Source: Chthoniobacteraceae bacterium (GTDB lineage Bacteria; Verrucomicrobiota; Verrucomicrobiia; Chthoniobacterales; Chthoniobacteraceae). Taken from it: a stretch of 64,000 bases of DNA. Location of the stretch: positions 1 through 64,000 of the forward strand of contig JANNWY010000057.1 of NCBI GenBank assembly GCA_031409335.1. Direction: 5' to 3'. Below, one piece after another: positions 51,815 to 62,099 of this stretch; within the stretch, counting starts at the first letter, position 1; each line of letters opens with the position of its first letter. The position numbers were made by a program, and so were the translations under genes. Below the pieces are notes generated by a model that ran no database searches, was not told where the DNA came from, and saw nothing but the letters and a program-made list of their open reading frames with translations.

Positions 51815-52645
51815 ATGAAAATCATCCGTTACGAAAATGCCGCCGGCGAAATTGGTTGGGCCGAAGAAAACTCGCATGGTTCCGCGACCCGGTTGCGCGG
51901 CGATCCGTTTGGCGGCTTCACGAAATCGGCGGAGCCCGCCGCCGTCCACTGCCTGCTCGCGCCGATCGTGCCAGCGACGATTTTTTGCATCGGCCTGAAC
52001 TACCGCAAGCACGCCGCCGAGACCAATGCGCCGCTGCCACAGTTTCCCGTGCTCTTTATGAAAAGCCCCGGCGCGCTCCAGCATCCCGGCGGGCCGATCG
52101 TGCTGCCGCGCTGGATGCCGAGCACGAAGGTCGATTACGAATGCGAACTCGCCGTCGTCATCGGACGCGCTTGCAAAAATGTGTCGCGCGAACACGCGCT
52201 CGACTACGTGCTCGGCTACACCTGCGCGAACGACGTGAGCGCGCGCGACTGGCAGAAGGAAGGCGGCGGCACGCAGTGGTGTCGCGGCAAGACCTTCGAC
52301 ACCTTCGCCCCGCTCGGCCCGCGCCTGGTGACACGCGATGAAATTCCCAATCCCAACGCACTCCGCATCCAGACGCGCATCGGCAGCGAGACGCTCCAGG
52401 AAGCGAACACGAGCGACATGATTTTCGACGTGCCGACGCTCATCGAATTCCTCAGCGGCAGCACCACGCTGCTGCCCGGCACGGTCATCCTCACCGGCAC
52501 GCCGAACGGCGTCGGCGTCGCGCGCAATCCGCCGCGATTTTTGCACGCAGGCGACGAGGTGAGCATCGAGATCGAAGGCATCGGCGTTTTGACGAATCCG
52601 GTGATCGACGAAACGTCGTCCGGCGGGTCGAATTTCCGCTTGTAA
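51815..52645 (+). CDS. Fumarylacetoacetate hydrolase family protein
   Basis: CIGLNYRKHA, DYECELAVVIG, NDVSARD, GKTFDTFAPLGP, ILTGTP. Confidence 0.94.
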   Translation: MKIIRYENAAGEIGWAEENSHGSATRLRGDPFGGFTKSAEPAAVHCLLAPIVPATIFCIGLNYRKHAAETNAPLPQFPVLFMKSPGALQHPGGPIVLPRWMPSTKVDYECELAVVIGRACKNVSREHALDYVLGYTCANDVSARDWQKEGGGTQWCRGKTFDTFAPLGPRLVTRDEIPNPNALRIQTRIGSETLQEANTSDMIFDVPTLIEFLSGSTTLLPGTVILTGTPNGVGVARNPPRFLHAGDEVSIEIEGIGVLTNPVIDETSSGGSNFRL

Positions 52646-52673
52646 ATAGCAGCCGCGCGCGAACATTTGCGCC

Positions 52674-53699
52674 ATGGAACAACTCCAACTTTTGGGCATC
52701 GCCCTCGGTCTGGCCACGCTCGCCGGCCTGAACCTCTACCTCACCGTGTTCGCCACCGGCCTCGCCGTGAACCAGCAGTGGATCACGCTCGCACCGCAAT
52801 ATCAGTCGCTCGACATTCTCGCTCATCCCGCCGTGCTCATCATCTCGGGCACGCTTTTTCTCCTGCAATTTTTTGCGGATAAAATCCCGTGGGTCGATTC
52901 GCTGTGGGACGCCGTGCATACCGTGATCCGCCCGATCGGCGGCGCGCTGCTCGCCATCCGCGTCCTCGGCACACCCGATCCGGTTTATGATGTCATCGTC
53001 GCGATCCTCGCGGGCGGCGTCACGCTCGTCGCGCACAGCACGAAGAGCGGCATCCGCCTCGTCGCAAATCACTCGCCCGAACCGTTCTCAAACATCGGCC
53101 TCAGCCTCGCCGAAGACGCGCTCGTCGTCGGCGGACTCTCGCTCATCTGGCACGATCCGATCCTCGCGCTCATCGTCTTCTCGGTCGCGCTGCTCGTGCT
53201 CGCCTACGTCGGCCCGCGCATCTTCCGCGCATTGAAAGTGAACCTCTGGCTGCTCTGGCGGAAACTCGCCGCGCCCGCCGAGGATCACACCGACAGTGAA
53301 CTCCCCGCGGAACTTCCCGCGGAGCATCACATCATCTTTCACGCGAAGAATTTGCTCGGTGAAAAAATCGCATGGGCCGTCCCGTGCGTCAGCGTTTCCG
53401 CGAAGCGCATTCCCGGCAATGTCTTTGGTCATCTCGTCGCCACCGCGGAAGATCAGACGCGCGTGTGGTTCGTCGGAAAACGCGGCTTCGGCAGGATTGC
53501 CGAAGAGGTCGATCTCACGACTTACAAAGTCGCGCATGAGTCGAAATTCCTGAGCGAAAACGTGGTGCTCTACAGTCTGGAGCGGAAGCCGAAATACTGC
53601 TTCCTCTTCGACCGCACGCGCGGCTCGCTCGTGAAAAAAGTCGCCCGCTCCATTCAGGACCGTCTCGCGCCCGCGCCTGCGCTGGCCGAGGTGGGCTGA
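52674..53699 (+). CDS. DUF4126 membrane protein with C-terminal extension
   Basis: AGLNLYLTV, FFADKIPWVDSLWD, SPEPFSN...SLAED. Confidence 0.85.
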   Translation: MEQLQLLGIALGLATLAGLNLYLTVFATGLAVNQQWITLAPQYQSLDILAHPAVLIISGTLFLLQFFADKIPWVDSLWDAVHTVIRPIGGALLAIRVLGTPDPVYDVIVAILAGGVTLVAHSTKSGIRLVANHSPEPFSNIGLSLAEDALVVGGLSLIWHDPILALIVFSVALLVLAYVGPRIFRALKVNLWLLWRKLAAPAEDHTDSELPAELPAEHHIIFHAKNLLGEKIAWAVPCVSVSAKRIPGNVFGHLVATAEDQTRVWFVGKRGFGRIAEEVDLTTYKVAHESKFLSENVVLYSLERKPKYCFLFDRTRGSLVKKVARSIQDRLAPAPALAEVG

Positions 53700-53706
53700 G
53701 GCGAGG

Positions 53707-54405
53707 CTACGGTTCGATCCCGAAGCAGGACGGCGTCGCCGTCTGGCAAAGTTCGAGGAAATCCTCCCAGCGGAGTTCCAGCCACGGATCGCGCTCGCGC
53801 ACCTGCACCATCGTGCCCTCTGACACGGAAAGCCGCGCACTTTCCAGCCGTCGGCTGACCGTCGATTTACTGCACCCAAACATGCGCGCCAAATCCTCGC
53901 GCTCGAGTTGATCGCAGTATTCGAGTTGCAGCAGCACGAAGTCTTCCGCCGGAATATCTTGGAAGGCGAACTCGACCGCCTCGCGAATCAAATCGATCAA
54001 CGGCGCCTCCGAATCCCCATCCTCGCTGGACGGCTCCGCAAAGTCTCCGGCGTCGCGCGAGGGAAAGCGGCGCTCGCGGCGTCCATCGGTGCGCTTGCGC
54101 GTCAGCAGCGCATTGAGCGCCACCGTGTTCAGCCAAGTCAGCAGCGCGCAACTGCCATCGTAGCGCCCCAGCCGGATTCGCCCCGTCGCGGCGGGTGAAA
54201 CGAGGTCGCCCCACAGCATGTCCACGGTTTCCCGCGCCTCCGCATCACTCGCTCCCGCCTTTTTCAGAAACGCGCAAACCGGTGCCCGATACGATGCCTG
54301 AAGCAACGCCAGCGCTTCGCCATCATGGCCAAGGCATTTCTCGACGAGGCTAAAATCGGCGAGATGCAAATTGGGCGGGGACACGGGCGCAGTGTTCAAA
54401 CGCAC
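53707..54405 (-). CDS. ECF-like sigma factor
   Basis: YDGSCALLTWLNTVALN; HTH LARMFGCSKSTVSRRL. Start uncertain. Confidence 0.75.
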   Translation of the reverse strand: MRLNTAPVSPPNLHLADFSLVEKCLGHDGEALALLQASYRAPVCAFLKKAGASDAEARETVDMLWGDLVSPAATGRIRLGRYDGSCALLTWLNTVALNALLTRKRTDGRRERRFPSRDAGDFAEPSSEDGDSEAPLIDLIREAVEFAFQDIPAEDFVLLQLEYCDQLEREDLARMFGCSKSTVSRRLESARLSVSEGTMVQVRERDPWLELRWEDFLELCQTATPSCFGIEP

Positions 54406-54490
54406 TCCAATCTTTCAATCCAAATCCAAGCCGCCGACGCGCCGCGATTCCCCCTCGCCAAGGTGCGATTCGCACCTAAAGTCAGCGAGC

Positions 54491-55900
54491 ATGCCGCTCG
54501 ACTTGAAGCGCCTTGTCCAAACCCGCCTCGGCGAAAACTACACGCTGCATGAGCAGCACATCAATTCCACGCTCGTCCGCGTGCAGCGCATCATCGGCTT
54601 TGACCAAGTATATGCACGGGCGGAGGGCGCTTATCTTTACGATCAGGATGGGCACGACTACCTCGACTTCCTGAGCGGCTACAGCGTCTTCAATATCGGG
54701 CGCAATCATCCCGCGATTCAGCGCGCGATTTCCGATGTGCTGGAGATGGATTTGCCGAACATGGTGCAGATGGATTGTTCGCTGCTAAGCGGGCTGCTGG
54801 CGGAGGCGCTTTTGAAAAAGCTGCCGTCGCATCTCGACGCGGTTTTCTTTTGCAACTCGGGCGCGGAATCGCTCGAAGGCGCGATCAAATTTGCCCGCGC
54901 CGCGACCGGGCGCAGCGGGTTGGTGTCGCTCGAAAAGGCGTATCACGGCCTCTCCCACGGGGCGCTCTCGACGATGGGCGACCAGCATTTTCAGGAAGGC
55001 TTTGGGCCGCTGCTGGAAAACTGTTCGCGCGTGAAGATGGGCGATGTCGCGGCTTTGCAGGAGCGGCTCGCCCGGCGGGATGTGGCGGCTTTCATGATCG
55101 AGCCGGTGCAGGGAAAAGGCGTCAATTTTCCCCGCGATGAATACTACCAGGAAGCGCAGCGCATCTGCCGCGCGACGGGCACGCTGCTGATCGCGGATGA
55201 AGTGCAGACCGGGCTCGGGCGCACGGGACGCTGGTGGGGATTTCAGCACTGGGATTTGGAGCCGGACATCGTCACCGTCGCGAAATCGCTGAGCGGCGGA
55301 TACGTGCCGGTGGCGGCGATCGCGACGCGGCGCGGGATTTATCAGAAGACATTTTCCCGGCTGGATCGCTGTGTCGTTCACTCGTCCACTTTCGGGCGGA
55401 ACAATCTCGCGATGGCCGCCGGTCTCGCCACGCTGCAAGTCCTCGAAGACGAGCAGCTCATCGAGCGCGCCCGCGACAACGGCATCGAGCTTTTGCGCCG
55501 CCTCGACGCGCTGAAGGAAAAGCATTCGCTCATCAAGGAAGTGCGCGGGCTCGGCATGATGATCGCCATCGAATTCCACGAGCCGCGCGAGCTGGCGATG
55601 AAGATGGGCTGGAAATTTTTGCACAGCGTCGAGCGCGAATTGTTCGCGCAAATGCTCGTCACTTCGCTTTTCAAAAAACACCGCATCCTCACGCAGATCG
55701 CGGGGCACGCGATGGATGTCATCAAGCTCCTGCCACCGCTGATCACCGGCGAGCGCGAGATCGAGCGTTTCGTGAATGCGCTGGATTCCGTACTGACCGA
55801 GTGCCGCAGTTTCCCCGGCCCGATCTGGGATCTCGGGAAAAATTTCATCCGCCACGCGATCAAACGCTCGACGGTGGAGCCCGCGACGGCGGCGGGGTGA
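54491..55900 (+). CDS. hpnO: Class-III aminotransferase, HpnO-like (aminobacteriohopanetriol synthesis)
   Basis: YLDFLSGYSVFNIGRNHP, LPNMVQMD, EPVQGKG, DEVQTGLGRTG, AKSLSGG, VVHSSTFG; recalled similarity to HpnO. Confidence 0.7.
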   Translation: MPLDLKRLVQTRLGENYTLHEQHINSTLVRVQRIIGFDQVYARAEGAYLYDQDGHDYLDFLSGYSVFNIGRNHPAIQRAISDVLEMDLPNMVQMDCSLLSGLLAEALLKKLPSHLDAVFFCNSGAESLEGAIKFARAATGRSGLVSLEKAYHGLSHGALSTMGDQHFQEGFGPLLENCSRVKMGDVAALQERLARRDVAAFMIEPVQGKGVNFPRDEYYQEAQRICRATGTLLIADEVQTGLGRTGRWWGFQHWDLEPDIVTVAKSLSGGYVPVAAIATRRGIYQKTFSRLDRCVVHSSTFGRNNLAMAAGLATLQVLEDEQLIERARDNGIELLRRLDALKEKHSLIKEVRGLGMMIAIEFHEPRELAMKMGWKFLHSVERELFAQMLVTSLFKKHRILTQIAGHAMDVIKLLPPLITGEREIERFVNALDSVLTECRSFPGPIWDLGKNFIRHAIKRSTVEPATAAG

Positions 55901-55912
55901 GCCACGCTCGCG

Positions 55913-55946
55913 TTGACTTCACTCTTCGCGGTGGGATTATCCCACC
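55913..55946 (+). promoter_or_regulatory. TA promoter (TTGACT -35) with palindromic operator over the -10 region
   Basis: ttgact at 55913-55918; GGTGGGAT-T-ATCCCACC at 55930-55946, immediately before ATG 55947. Confidence 0.7.
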
Positions 55947-56174
55947 ATGATCGTCACCCTCGATGCCAAGCGCCGCGTCAGCCTGCCCGCCGCACTCGCG
56001 CCCGCGGAGCCGGGCGACCAGTTTGACGCGGTCTTCGATGCCGAGGAAAACACGGTGACGCTGCGACGGCTGCCGCGAAAGGAAAGCTGGCTCGCGGTCT
56101 TGAAAGCGTGCCCGGTGTCGATGGATGACGTGCCCCGCCGCAGCCGCGAACTCCCGAAAAAACGCAGGCTGTGA
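55947..56174 (+). CDS. vapB: AbrB/MazE-like antitoxin
   Basis: MIVTLDAKRRVSLP...PGDQF swapped-hairpin pattern; GTGA overlap with the PIN gene. Confidence 0.8.
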   Translation: MIVTLDAKRRVSLPAALAPAEPGDQFDAVFDAEENTVTLRRLPRKESWLAVLKACPVSMDDVPRRSRELPKKRRL

Positions 56175-56599
56175 ACTGGCTGCTCGACACGGACGTATTG
56201 AGCCAGCCGGCGAAGCGCAGCGGGGATGCGCGCGTGATCGCGTGGCTGAAACGCGAGGAGGACCGCTGTTACACGAGCGCCATCGTCATCGCGCAACTCG
56301 CCTACTGGGTGCGCGGTAAAAGTGGCCGGCAGCGCGCGGCACTCCAGCAATGGCTGCGGCGGCTGATTGATTCGCTGGAAGGCCGCATTCTCGGCTTCAA
56401 CGTCTCTGTCGCCCACGTTTGGGCGGAGCAAAAGTCGGCGCTCGAAGCCGCGGGCGAACCGATGCCGGTCGAGGACAGCTACATCGCCGCGACGGCAAAA
56501 CGCCACGGGCTGATTATCGTCACCGGCAACGAAAAAGATTTCCGCGGACCGGGGCTGAAGGTTTTCAATCCGTTCAAGGAACTGCCGGAGGAAAAATGA
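56171..56599 (+). CDS. vapC: PIN-domain toxin
   Basis: WLLDTDVLS, EDSYIAATA, VTGNEKDF, VFNPF. Confidence 0.92.
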   Translation: MNWLLDTDVLSQPAKRSGDARVIAWLKREEDRCYTSAIVIAQLAYWVRGKSGRQRAALQQWLRRLIDSLEGRILGFNVSVAHVWAEQKSALEAAGEPMPVEDSYIAATAKRHGLIIVTGNEKDFRGPGLKVFNPFKELPEEK

Positions 56600-59500
56600 G
56601 CGGCACTTTGCGAAAATCTGTGTCTTTCGCGGCGCTGCTCTCGCTCGCTCCGGCGGCGCTCGCGCAAGTCCCCGCCTTTCCCGGCGCGGAAGGTTACGGC
56701 GGCTACGCCACGGGCGGGCGCGGCGGGGATGTCTATATCGTCACGAATTTGAACACGTCCGGCGCGGGCTCGTTTGCGGATGCCATCGCCACGGTGCCGG
56801 GCGCGGGGCGGACGATTGTGTTCGGCGTGAGCGGGCACATTCATGTGAACAAGACCACGCTTTCCAAATCAAAAGTGACCATCGCGGGGCAGACGGCGCC
56901 GGGCGATGGCATCGGGTTTAAGGACGGGACGTTTATTATTTCCGGCGATGATATCGTGATCCGGCACGCGCGGTTTCGGTACGGGAAAAAGGCGGCGGGT
57001 GGCGATTGCGTGAATCTGACGAGCGGGACGCTGAATGCGATTCTCGACTCGGTTTCGATTCAGTTTTCCACGGACGAAAACATCTCGTCGTTCAACTCGC
57101 CGCCGGAAAATATCACGATGCAGTGGGCGCTGAATGGATGGGGCTTGGAGTCGCATTCGTGCGGCGGGTTGTGGGATCAAAATCACGCTTCCGCGCATCA
57201 TTCGCTGTGGTCGCACAATCACACGCGCAACCCCAAGGCGCGGCCCAACGGCCTGCTCGAATGGGTGAACAATGTGACGTTCGATTGGGACATCGGTTTC
57301 ATCATGGGCGATTCGCAGACGGCCGCGGCGTGGAAGGCGAACGTCATCGGCAACTACTTCGTCTGCCCGCCGGGAAATCTCCGCAGCAAGGCGCTGGAAA
57401 AGGCGACGGTGGACCGCAACGGGAACCCGAACTTTTCCGTCCACATGGGAAACAACCGCCACGACAACGACGGCGACGGCATCCTCGACGGCACGGACAA
57501 GGGCTACACGATTGTCGCGGGTTCGGAGTTCGTCGCGGGCGACGCGCCGGGCGCGAATCGCTACGTGAAATCGGTCGCGCCATTTGCAAATGCGGGCGCG
57601 ATTCCGGTGACGACCGACGACGCGACGGTTGCGCTCAAGAAGGTCGTCTCGAAAGCCGGCGCGCTGCGGCTCGATGTGTCATTCGCCGGCCCGCTGCGCG
57701 ACGAGGTGGATACGAAAATGGTGAGCAATCTCGTGACGCAAACCGCGCAGCACATCAGCACCGAAGCGTCGCTCGGGCTGACGAATGGCGGCATCGGCAC
57801 GCTCACTTCTACCGCCGCGCCGACCGACACGGACAAGGACGCGATGCCCGATTCCTACGAGCAGGCGCTCGGCTGGAATGTCGCCGCGCAAGACCACAAC
57901 ACCGCGCTCGCAAACAGCGGCGGCGTGCTCACGGGCACGACCTTTTTTCCGCCCGGCACCGTCGCGGGCTACACGCGATTGGAGGAGTATCTCTTTTTCA
58001 AAAGCATCCCGCACGGCGCGGTGCTGAAGAACACGAGCGCCGCGCCGACGAGCATCGCCGTGGACATGGCGAAGTTTACCAGCGGCTTTTCCGCGTCGCC
58101 GGTTTTCACGACGAGCAACGCGGTGAACGGCAGCGTGAGTGTCGCAGGAAATGTGGCCACGTTCACGCCGACGCTGAATTTCTCCGGGCGCGCGAAGTTC
58201 GACTTCACCGTGACCGACGCACAGGGCCATTCGTGGCCGCAGACGTGCTCCATCCTCGTGCTCTCGGCGGCAGTGCCGCAGTCGCTCACGTGGGCGGGCG
58301 ACGGCGTGACGAATCAATGGGACGGCGGCGCGATGACGTGGCGGCGGAACGGCGGCGCGGCGGCGTTCAACAACGGCGACAGCGTGCTCTTTGACGACAC
58401 CGGATCGAACTCGCCGAACATCTCGTTCGCGCAGGGCGCGAGCCCTTCGCATGTGCTCGTGGATGCGACGAAAAACTACACGACGACGGGCAGCGGCGAC
58501 TTTCTCATCGGCCCGCTCACGAAGCGCGGCAGCGGCTCTTTCACCATCGGCAACACGGGCACGAACAACATCACGCCCGTCGCGCTGGAGGCGGGCACGC
58601 TCGCGATTCCGTCGGGGCTGCTCGCCGGGGGCGGGACGTTCACGGTGTCCGGCGGCACGTTTAATTTCGGCACCGACGCGCTCGGCTTCGCGACCATCGC
58701 GACGAGCGGCGCATCGGCCTGGAACCCCTCGGGCACGCGCAGCATCCCCGGCGCGTGGACGGGCAACGGCGCGGTGAATTTCAACATCACCGGCGGAAAC
58801 GTGCTCTCACTCACCGGCAACACGTCGGCGTTCGCGGGAGCCTACGCGCTCGGCGCGAGCACGGGCGTGCTGCGGCTGAATGGCGCGACCGGCAGCGCGG
58901 CGGCGACGTTCGATGTAGGCACCTCGACCGCCGACCTCATCAACCGCAACGGCAACGCGACCTTCGACCTCGGCGCGCTGAGCGGCGGCGGCGGGACACT
59001 TCTCGGCGGCGCGAGCAGCGTGAATGCGCCGAGCACCTACAACATCGGCGCAACGGGAAATTCCACGACCTTCGCGGGCACCATCACGAACGGCGGACTC
59101 GGCGGCGTGACGAACATCAACAAAGTCGGCACCGGCTCACTCACGCTCACCGGCGCGAGCACTTACACGGGAACCACGACCATTAGCGCGGGCGACCTCA
59201 TTGTGAACGGCTCGCTCGCGAATACACCCGTCACCATCGCAGGCTTCGCGTATCTGCGCGGCGCGGGCACCATCGGCGGCGCAGTCACCGCACAGCCGGG
59301 CGCGCGGATTTCTCCCGGCTCCGCGAGCGGGCAGCACGGCAATCTCAACATCGGCGCGGGGCTGTCGCTCGACGGCTCCCTCCTCTCCATCCAGCTCACG
59401 CAAAACCCCGCGGGAGTGAACGACAAAATCACGATGAACGGCGGCGTGCTCGCGCTTACGAACGTCAGCAATCTCACCACTACATTCAGCGACGGCGTGC

Positions 59501-61275
59501 TCGGCTCGGGCGTGTATGAAATCATCACCGGCGGCACGAGCACCACGGGAAGCGTCGCGAACGTCTCGTGGTCGCCGCCCGCAAATTCGCGCCAGTCCTT
59601 CGCGCTCACCACGCCGCCGGGCAAGCTGGTGCTCACTGTCACGGGCAATCCCGCGACGCTGCGCTGGCTCGGCACCAGCAGCGCGTGGGACACCACCGCC
59701 GCGAACTTCGCGAACCTCACCAGCGGCGCGAATCCCGATGTGTTCTTCGCGAATGACGCCGTGCTTTTCGATGACACCGCGGCGACCGGTGCCATCACGC
59801 TCACCGCGACGGTCGCGCCGCGCAGCATCACGATGACGAATAACACGCTCGCGTACCGCTTCACGGGCGAGTCCATTTTCACCAGCGGCAGCTTCGTGAA
59901 AAATGGCGCGGGCAGCGTGACATTCACCGACGCGAATCATTTCAACACCGGCTTCACGCTCAACGGCGGCACCATCATCCTCGCCAACGACGACGCCAAC
60001 GCCTTCGCCCTCGACAGCGGCCCCGTCACGCTCAATGGCGGCGTCATTTCGATGTACAACAACAGCGCGAGCTACAACGACTTCACCGCCGATCTCGTCG
60101 TGCCCGCAGGCGCGAACGCGCGCATCAATACCGACGAACGCTGCGATGTGCGCGGCTCGCTGGCGGGCGCGGGCTCGCTCGATTGGTATGTCACATTTGT
60201 CCGCACCACGCTCTTCGCGGACTGGTCGGATTTTTTCGGAACGATCAACGTCATCAGCGACGCGGGCGGCGGCGATTTCCGCATCGGCACGAACTACTCG
60301 CCCGCGGGCTACGCGAACGCGACGATCAATCTCAGCGCGGACACGTACCTCTATTTCACCGGCATCAACAACAGTGGCGCGGGCACCACGATCGAGATCG
60401 GCGAACTCAGCGGGCCGTCGAACTCCACGCTGCTCGGCGGCGTCACCGGCGGACGCGCGCTGACTTACCGCATCGGCGGAAAAACGCCGCTCGCCGGCTA
60501 CGCGATTTTTCTCGGAAACATCGCGGAGCAAAACTCGGGGACGCTGACGAACTACGTAAAAACCGGCGCGGGCAAATGGACGATCCACAATGGCGCGTGG
60601 AACGGCGGCACCGAGGTCGAGCAGGGCACGCTCGAAATCACCGGGCTCATCACATGCGCGTCCGCGACGAATGTGGCGGCGGGTGCGGCGCTGTGGCTCA
60701 ACGAAGGCGACCTCGCGACCGACGCGCTAAACATCGCGACCGGCGCGGAGCTGGTGAGCACTGGCGGCAGCAATGTGATCGGCGATCTGAACAATGACGG
60801 CTTCATCAACATCGGCGGCGACGAACTGCAGGTGAGCGGCGACTTCATCAACAACGGCACGATCCAGGCGCTCGGCGGCGGGCAGTTTTTCGGCGCGGGC
60901 GACGTGGTGAACAACGGCACGATCCGCTTCGCGAGCAGCGGCGTGCTCACGACGACCGGCACTTTCACGAACAACGGCCTGCTCGATCTGCTCACGAGCA
61001 CGAACAACCTCCCGCCGAATTTCATCAACAACGGCACCGTGATCCTGAACACCGACCGGCGCATCCTGAGCGTGGTGAAAACAGGCGCGAATTTTTCCTG
61101 CACCGCGTGGGGTTACGCCGGACACACTTTCCAACTCCAGCGCGCGGACACGCTCGCCGGGCCGTGGATTTCCATCGGTGGAATGCAGGCGGGCGCGGGT
61201 TCGCTGCTCACGTTCACCGATGTCGGCGGGGCGACGGGGGCGGCGCGTTTCTATCGGGTGAATGTTGCGCCGTAG
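56596..61275 (+). CDS. Secreted pectate lyase (PL1-like) with autotransporter-associated beta-strand repeats and C-terminal putative sorting domain
   Basis: PAFPGAEGYG..ATGGRGG, TIAGQTAPGDG, TRNPK, DTDKDAMPD; KVGTGSLTLTGASTYTGTTTI repeats; ends RFYRVNVAP with no beta-barrel translocator. Confidence 0.88.
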   Translation: MSGTLRKSVSFAALLSLAPAALAQVPAFPGAEGYGGYATGGRGGDVYIVTNLNTSGAGSFADAIATVPGAGRTIVFGVSGHIHVNKTTLSKSKVTIAGQTAPGDGIGFKDGTFIISGDDIVIRHARFRYGKKAAGGDCVNLTSGTLNAILDSVSIQFSTDENISSFNSPPENITMQWALNGWGLESHSCGGLWDQNHASAHHSLWSHNHTRNPKARPNGLLEWVNNVTFDWDIGFIMGDSQTAAAWKANVIGNYFVCPPGNLRSKALEKATVDRNGNPNFSVHMGNNRHDNDGDGILDGTDKGYTIVAGSEFVAGDAPGANRYVKSVAPFANAGAIPVTTDDATVALKKVVSKAGALRLDVSFAGPLRDEVDTKMVSNLVTQTAQHISTEASLGLTNGGIGTLTSTAAPTDTDKDAMPDSYEQALGWNVAAQDHNTALANSGGVLTGTTFFPPGTVAGYTRLEEYLFFKSIPHGAVLKNTSAAPTSIAVDMAKFTSGFSASPVFTTSNAVNGSVSVAGNVATFTPTLNFSGRAKFDFTVTDAQGHSWPQTCSILVLSAAVPQSLTWAGDGVTNQWDGGAMTWRRNGGAAAFNNGDSVLFDDTGSNSPNISFAQGASPSHVLVDATKNYTTTGSGDFLIGPLTKRGSGSFTIGNTGTNNITPVALEAGTLAIPSGLLAGGGTFTVSGGTFNFGTDALGFATIATSGASAWNPSGTRSIPGAWTGNGAVNFNITGGNVLSLTGNTSAFAGAYALGASTGVLRLNGATGSAAATFDVGTSTADLINRNGNATFDLGALSGGGGTLLGGASSVNAPSTYNIGATGNSTTFAGTITNGGLGGVTNINKVGTGSLTLTGASTYTGTTTISAGDLIVNGSLANTPVTIAGFAYLRGAGTIGGAVTAQPGARISPGSASGQHGNLNIGAGLSLDGSLLSIQLTQNPAGVNDKITMNGGVLALTNVSNLTTTFSDGVLGSGVYEIITGGTSTTGSVANVSWSPPANSRQSFALTTPPGKLVLTVTGNPATLRWLGTSSAWDTTAANFANLTSGANPDVFFANDAVLFDDTAATGAITLTATVAPRSITMTNNTLAYRFTGESIFTSGSFVKNGAGSVTFTDANHFNTGFTLNGGTIILANDDANAFALDSGPVTLNGGVISMYNNSASYNDFTADLVVPAGANARINTDERCDVRGSLAGAGSLDWYVTFVRTTLFADWSDFFGTINVISDAGGGDFRIGTNYSPAGYANATINLSADTYLYFTGINNSGAGTTIEIGELSGPSNSTLLGGVTGGRALTYRIGGKTPLAGYAIFLGNIAEQNSGTLTNYVKTGAGKWTIHNGAWNGGTEVEQGTLEITGLITCASATNVAAGAALWLNEGDLATDALNIATGAELVSTGGSNVIGDLNNDGFINIGGDELQVSGDFINNGTIQALGGGQFFGAGDVVNNGTIRFASSGVLTTTGTFTNNGLLDLLTSTNNLPPNFINNGTVILNTDRRILSVVKTGANFSCTAWGYAGHTFQLQRADTLAGPWISIGGMQAGAGSLLTFTDVGGATGAARFYRVNVAP

Positions 61276-61424
61276 TTCGGCATTGCGGGGGAACTCAGCG
61301 GCACCGCACGCTGCGCCGGACTTTGCCGCATTCTGTGCGCGGGGCGGCTGTGCGATGTCGCGCGCGTCCAGATTTCACACGGCCGAGGAGCGTCGGCAGC
61401 CCGGTTTTTCGGCGCGGATTCAGT

Positions 61425-62048
61425 TCACGGGCACTCGCGCGGCGTTGGCGGGAGATCTCGCGGTGAATTGAGATTGCGGAAGAGTGCGCGCTCTTCGGGG
61501 GAGATGGCGTGCGCGATGACCACCTGTGCTTGCTCGGCTTTGCGCAGCATCCCTTGCATCGAACGATCGGTGCTATGCAGGCATTCCAGCACGTGGGGTA
61601 AAATGCGCGGCGTGTAGATGCCGGCGAGCGGCTCGAAGCGTCCGTCGATCGCCGGGACCACGCAGCAATTCTCGGCCAGCGCGATTTCCACGAGCCCGCT
61701 GAGAAAGTCCGCGCGCATCGCGGGCAAATCGATCGCAAGGACGACGAGGTGGGTGGTCGTGATCACCGGCAGGATGGCTTCCAGCGCGGCCAGTGGGCCA
61801 GCGTCGGGAGTGAGGTCTTCGATGATGCGCGCGCCGGCATTTTTGAAGGGCCCATCGGCGCGGCCCGAGATGAGCAATTCGCTGGCACCGGTCGCGCGGA
61901 GGGTCGCGAGCTGGCGTGCCCAGAGCGGCTCGTGGTCGATCAGTAGCGATGCCTTGTCGCGACCCATGCGCGTCGAGCGGCCTCCGGCGAGGAGGACGGC
62001 GCTGAATGCAAAGCTCTTCCTCTTCATCTTCCTCTTCCTCTCAGTCAT
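61425..62048 (-). CDS. mobA: Molybdenum cofactor guanylyltransferase
   Basis: LLAGGRSTRMGRDKA, GPLAAL, AIDLP, EPLAGIY, FRNLNSP. Start is 62048 or 62027. Confidence 0.9.
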   Translation of the reverse strand: MTERKRKMKRKSFAFSAVLLAGGRSTRMGRDKASLLIDHEPLWARQLATLRATGASELLISGRADGPFKNAGARIIEDLTPDAGPLAALEAILPVITTTHLVVLAIDLPAMRADFLSGLVEIALAENCCVVPAIDGRFEPLAGIYTPRILPHVLECLHSTDRSMQGMLRKAEQAQVVIAHAISPEERALFRNLNSPRDLPPTPRECP

Positions 62049-62094
62049 TCGCCATTTGCACAGCGGAGGATTCAGCGGAAGAGGAAGAGGAAGA
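62013..62094. repeat. Inverted pair of 6-bp tandem repeats (CTCTTC / GAAGAG)
   Basis: ctcttcctcttcatcttcctcttcctctc at 62014-62042 and ggaagaggaagaggaaga at 62077-62094, between divergent mobA and MOSC genes. Confidence 0.8.
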
Positions 62095-62099
62095 TTTCC

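Noticed and set aside
56596..61275. Classical type V autotransporter
   Set aside because: Passenger-type repeats are present but there is no C-terminal beta-barrel.
61276..61430. RNase P RNA or riboswitch (aaagtccgg on the minus strand)
   Set aside because: Only a short partial match, the region is too short, and other conserved elements are missing.
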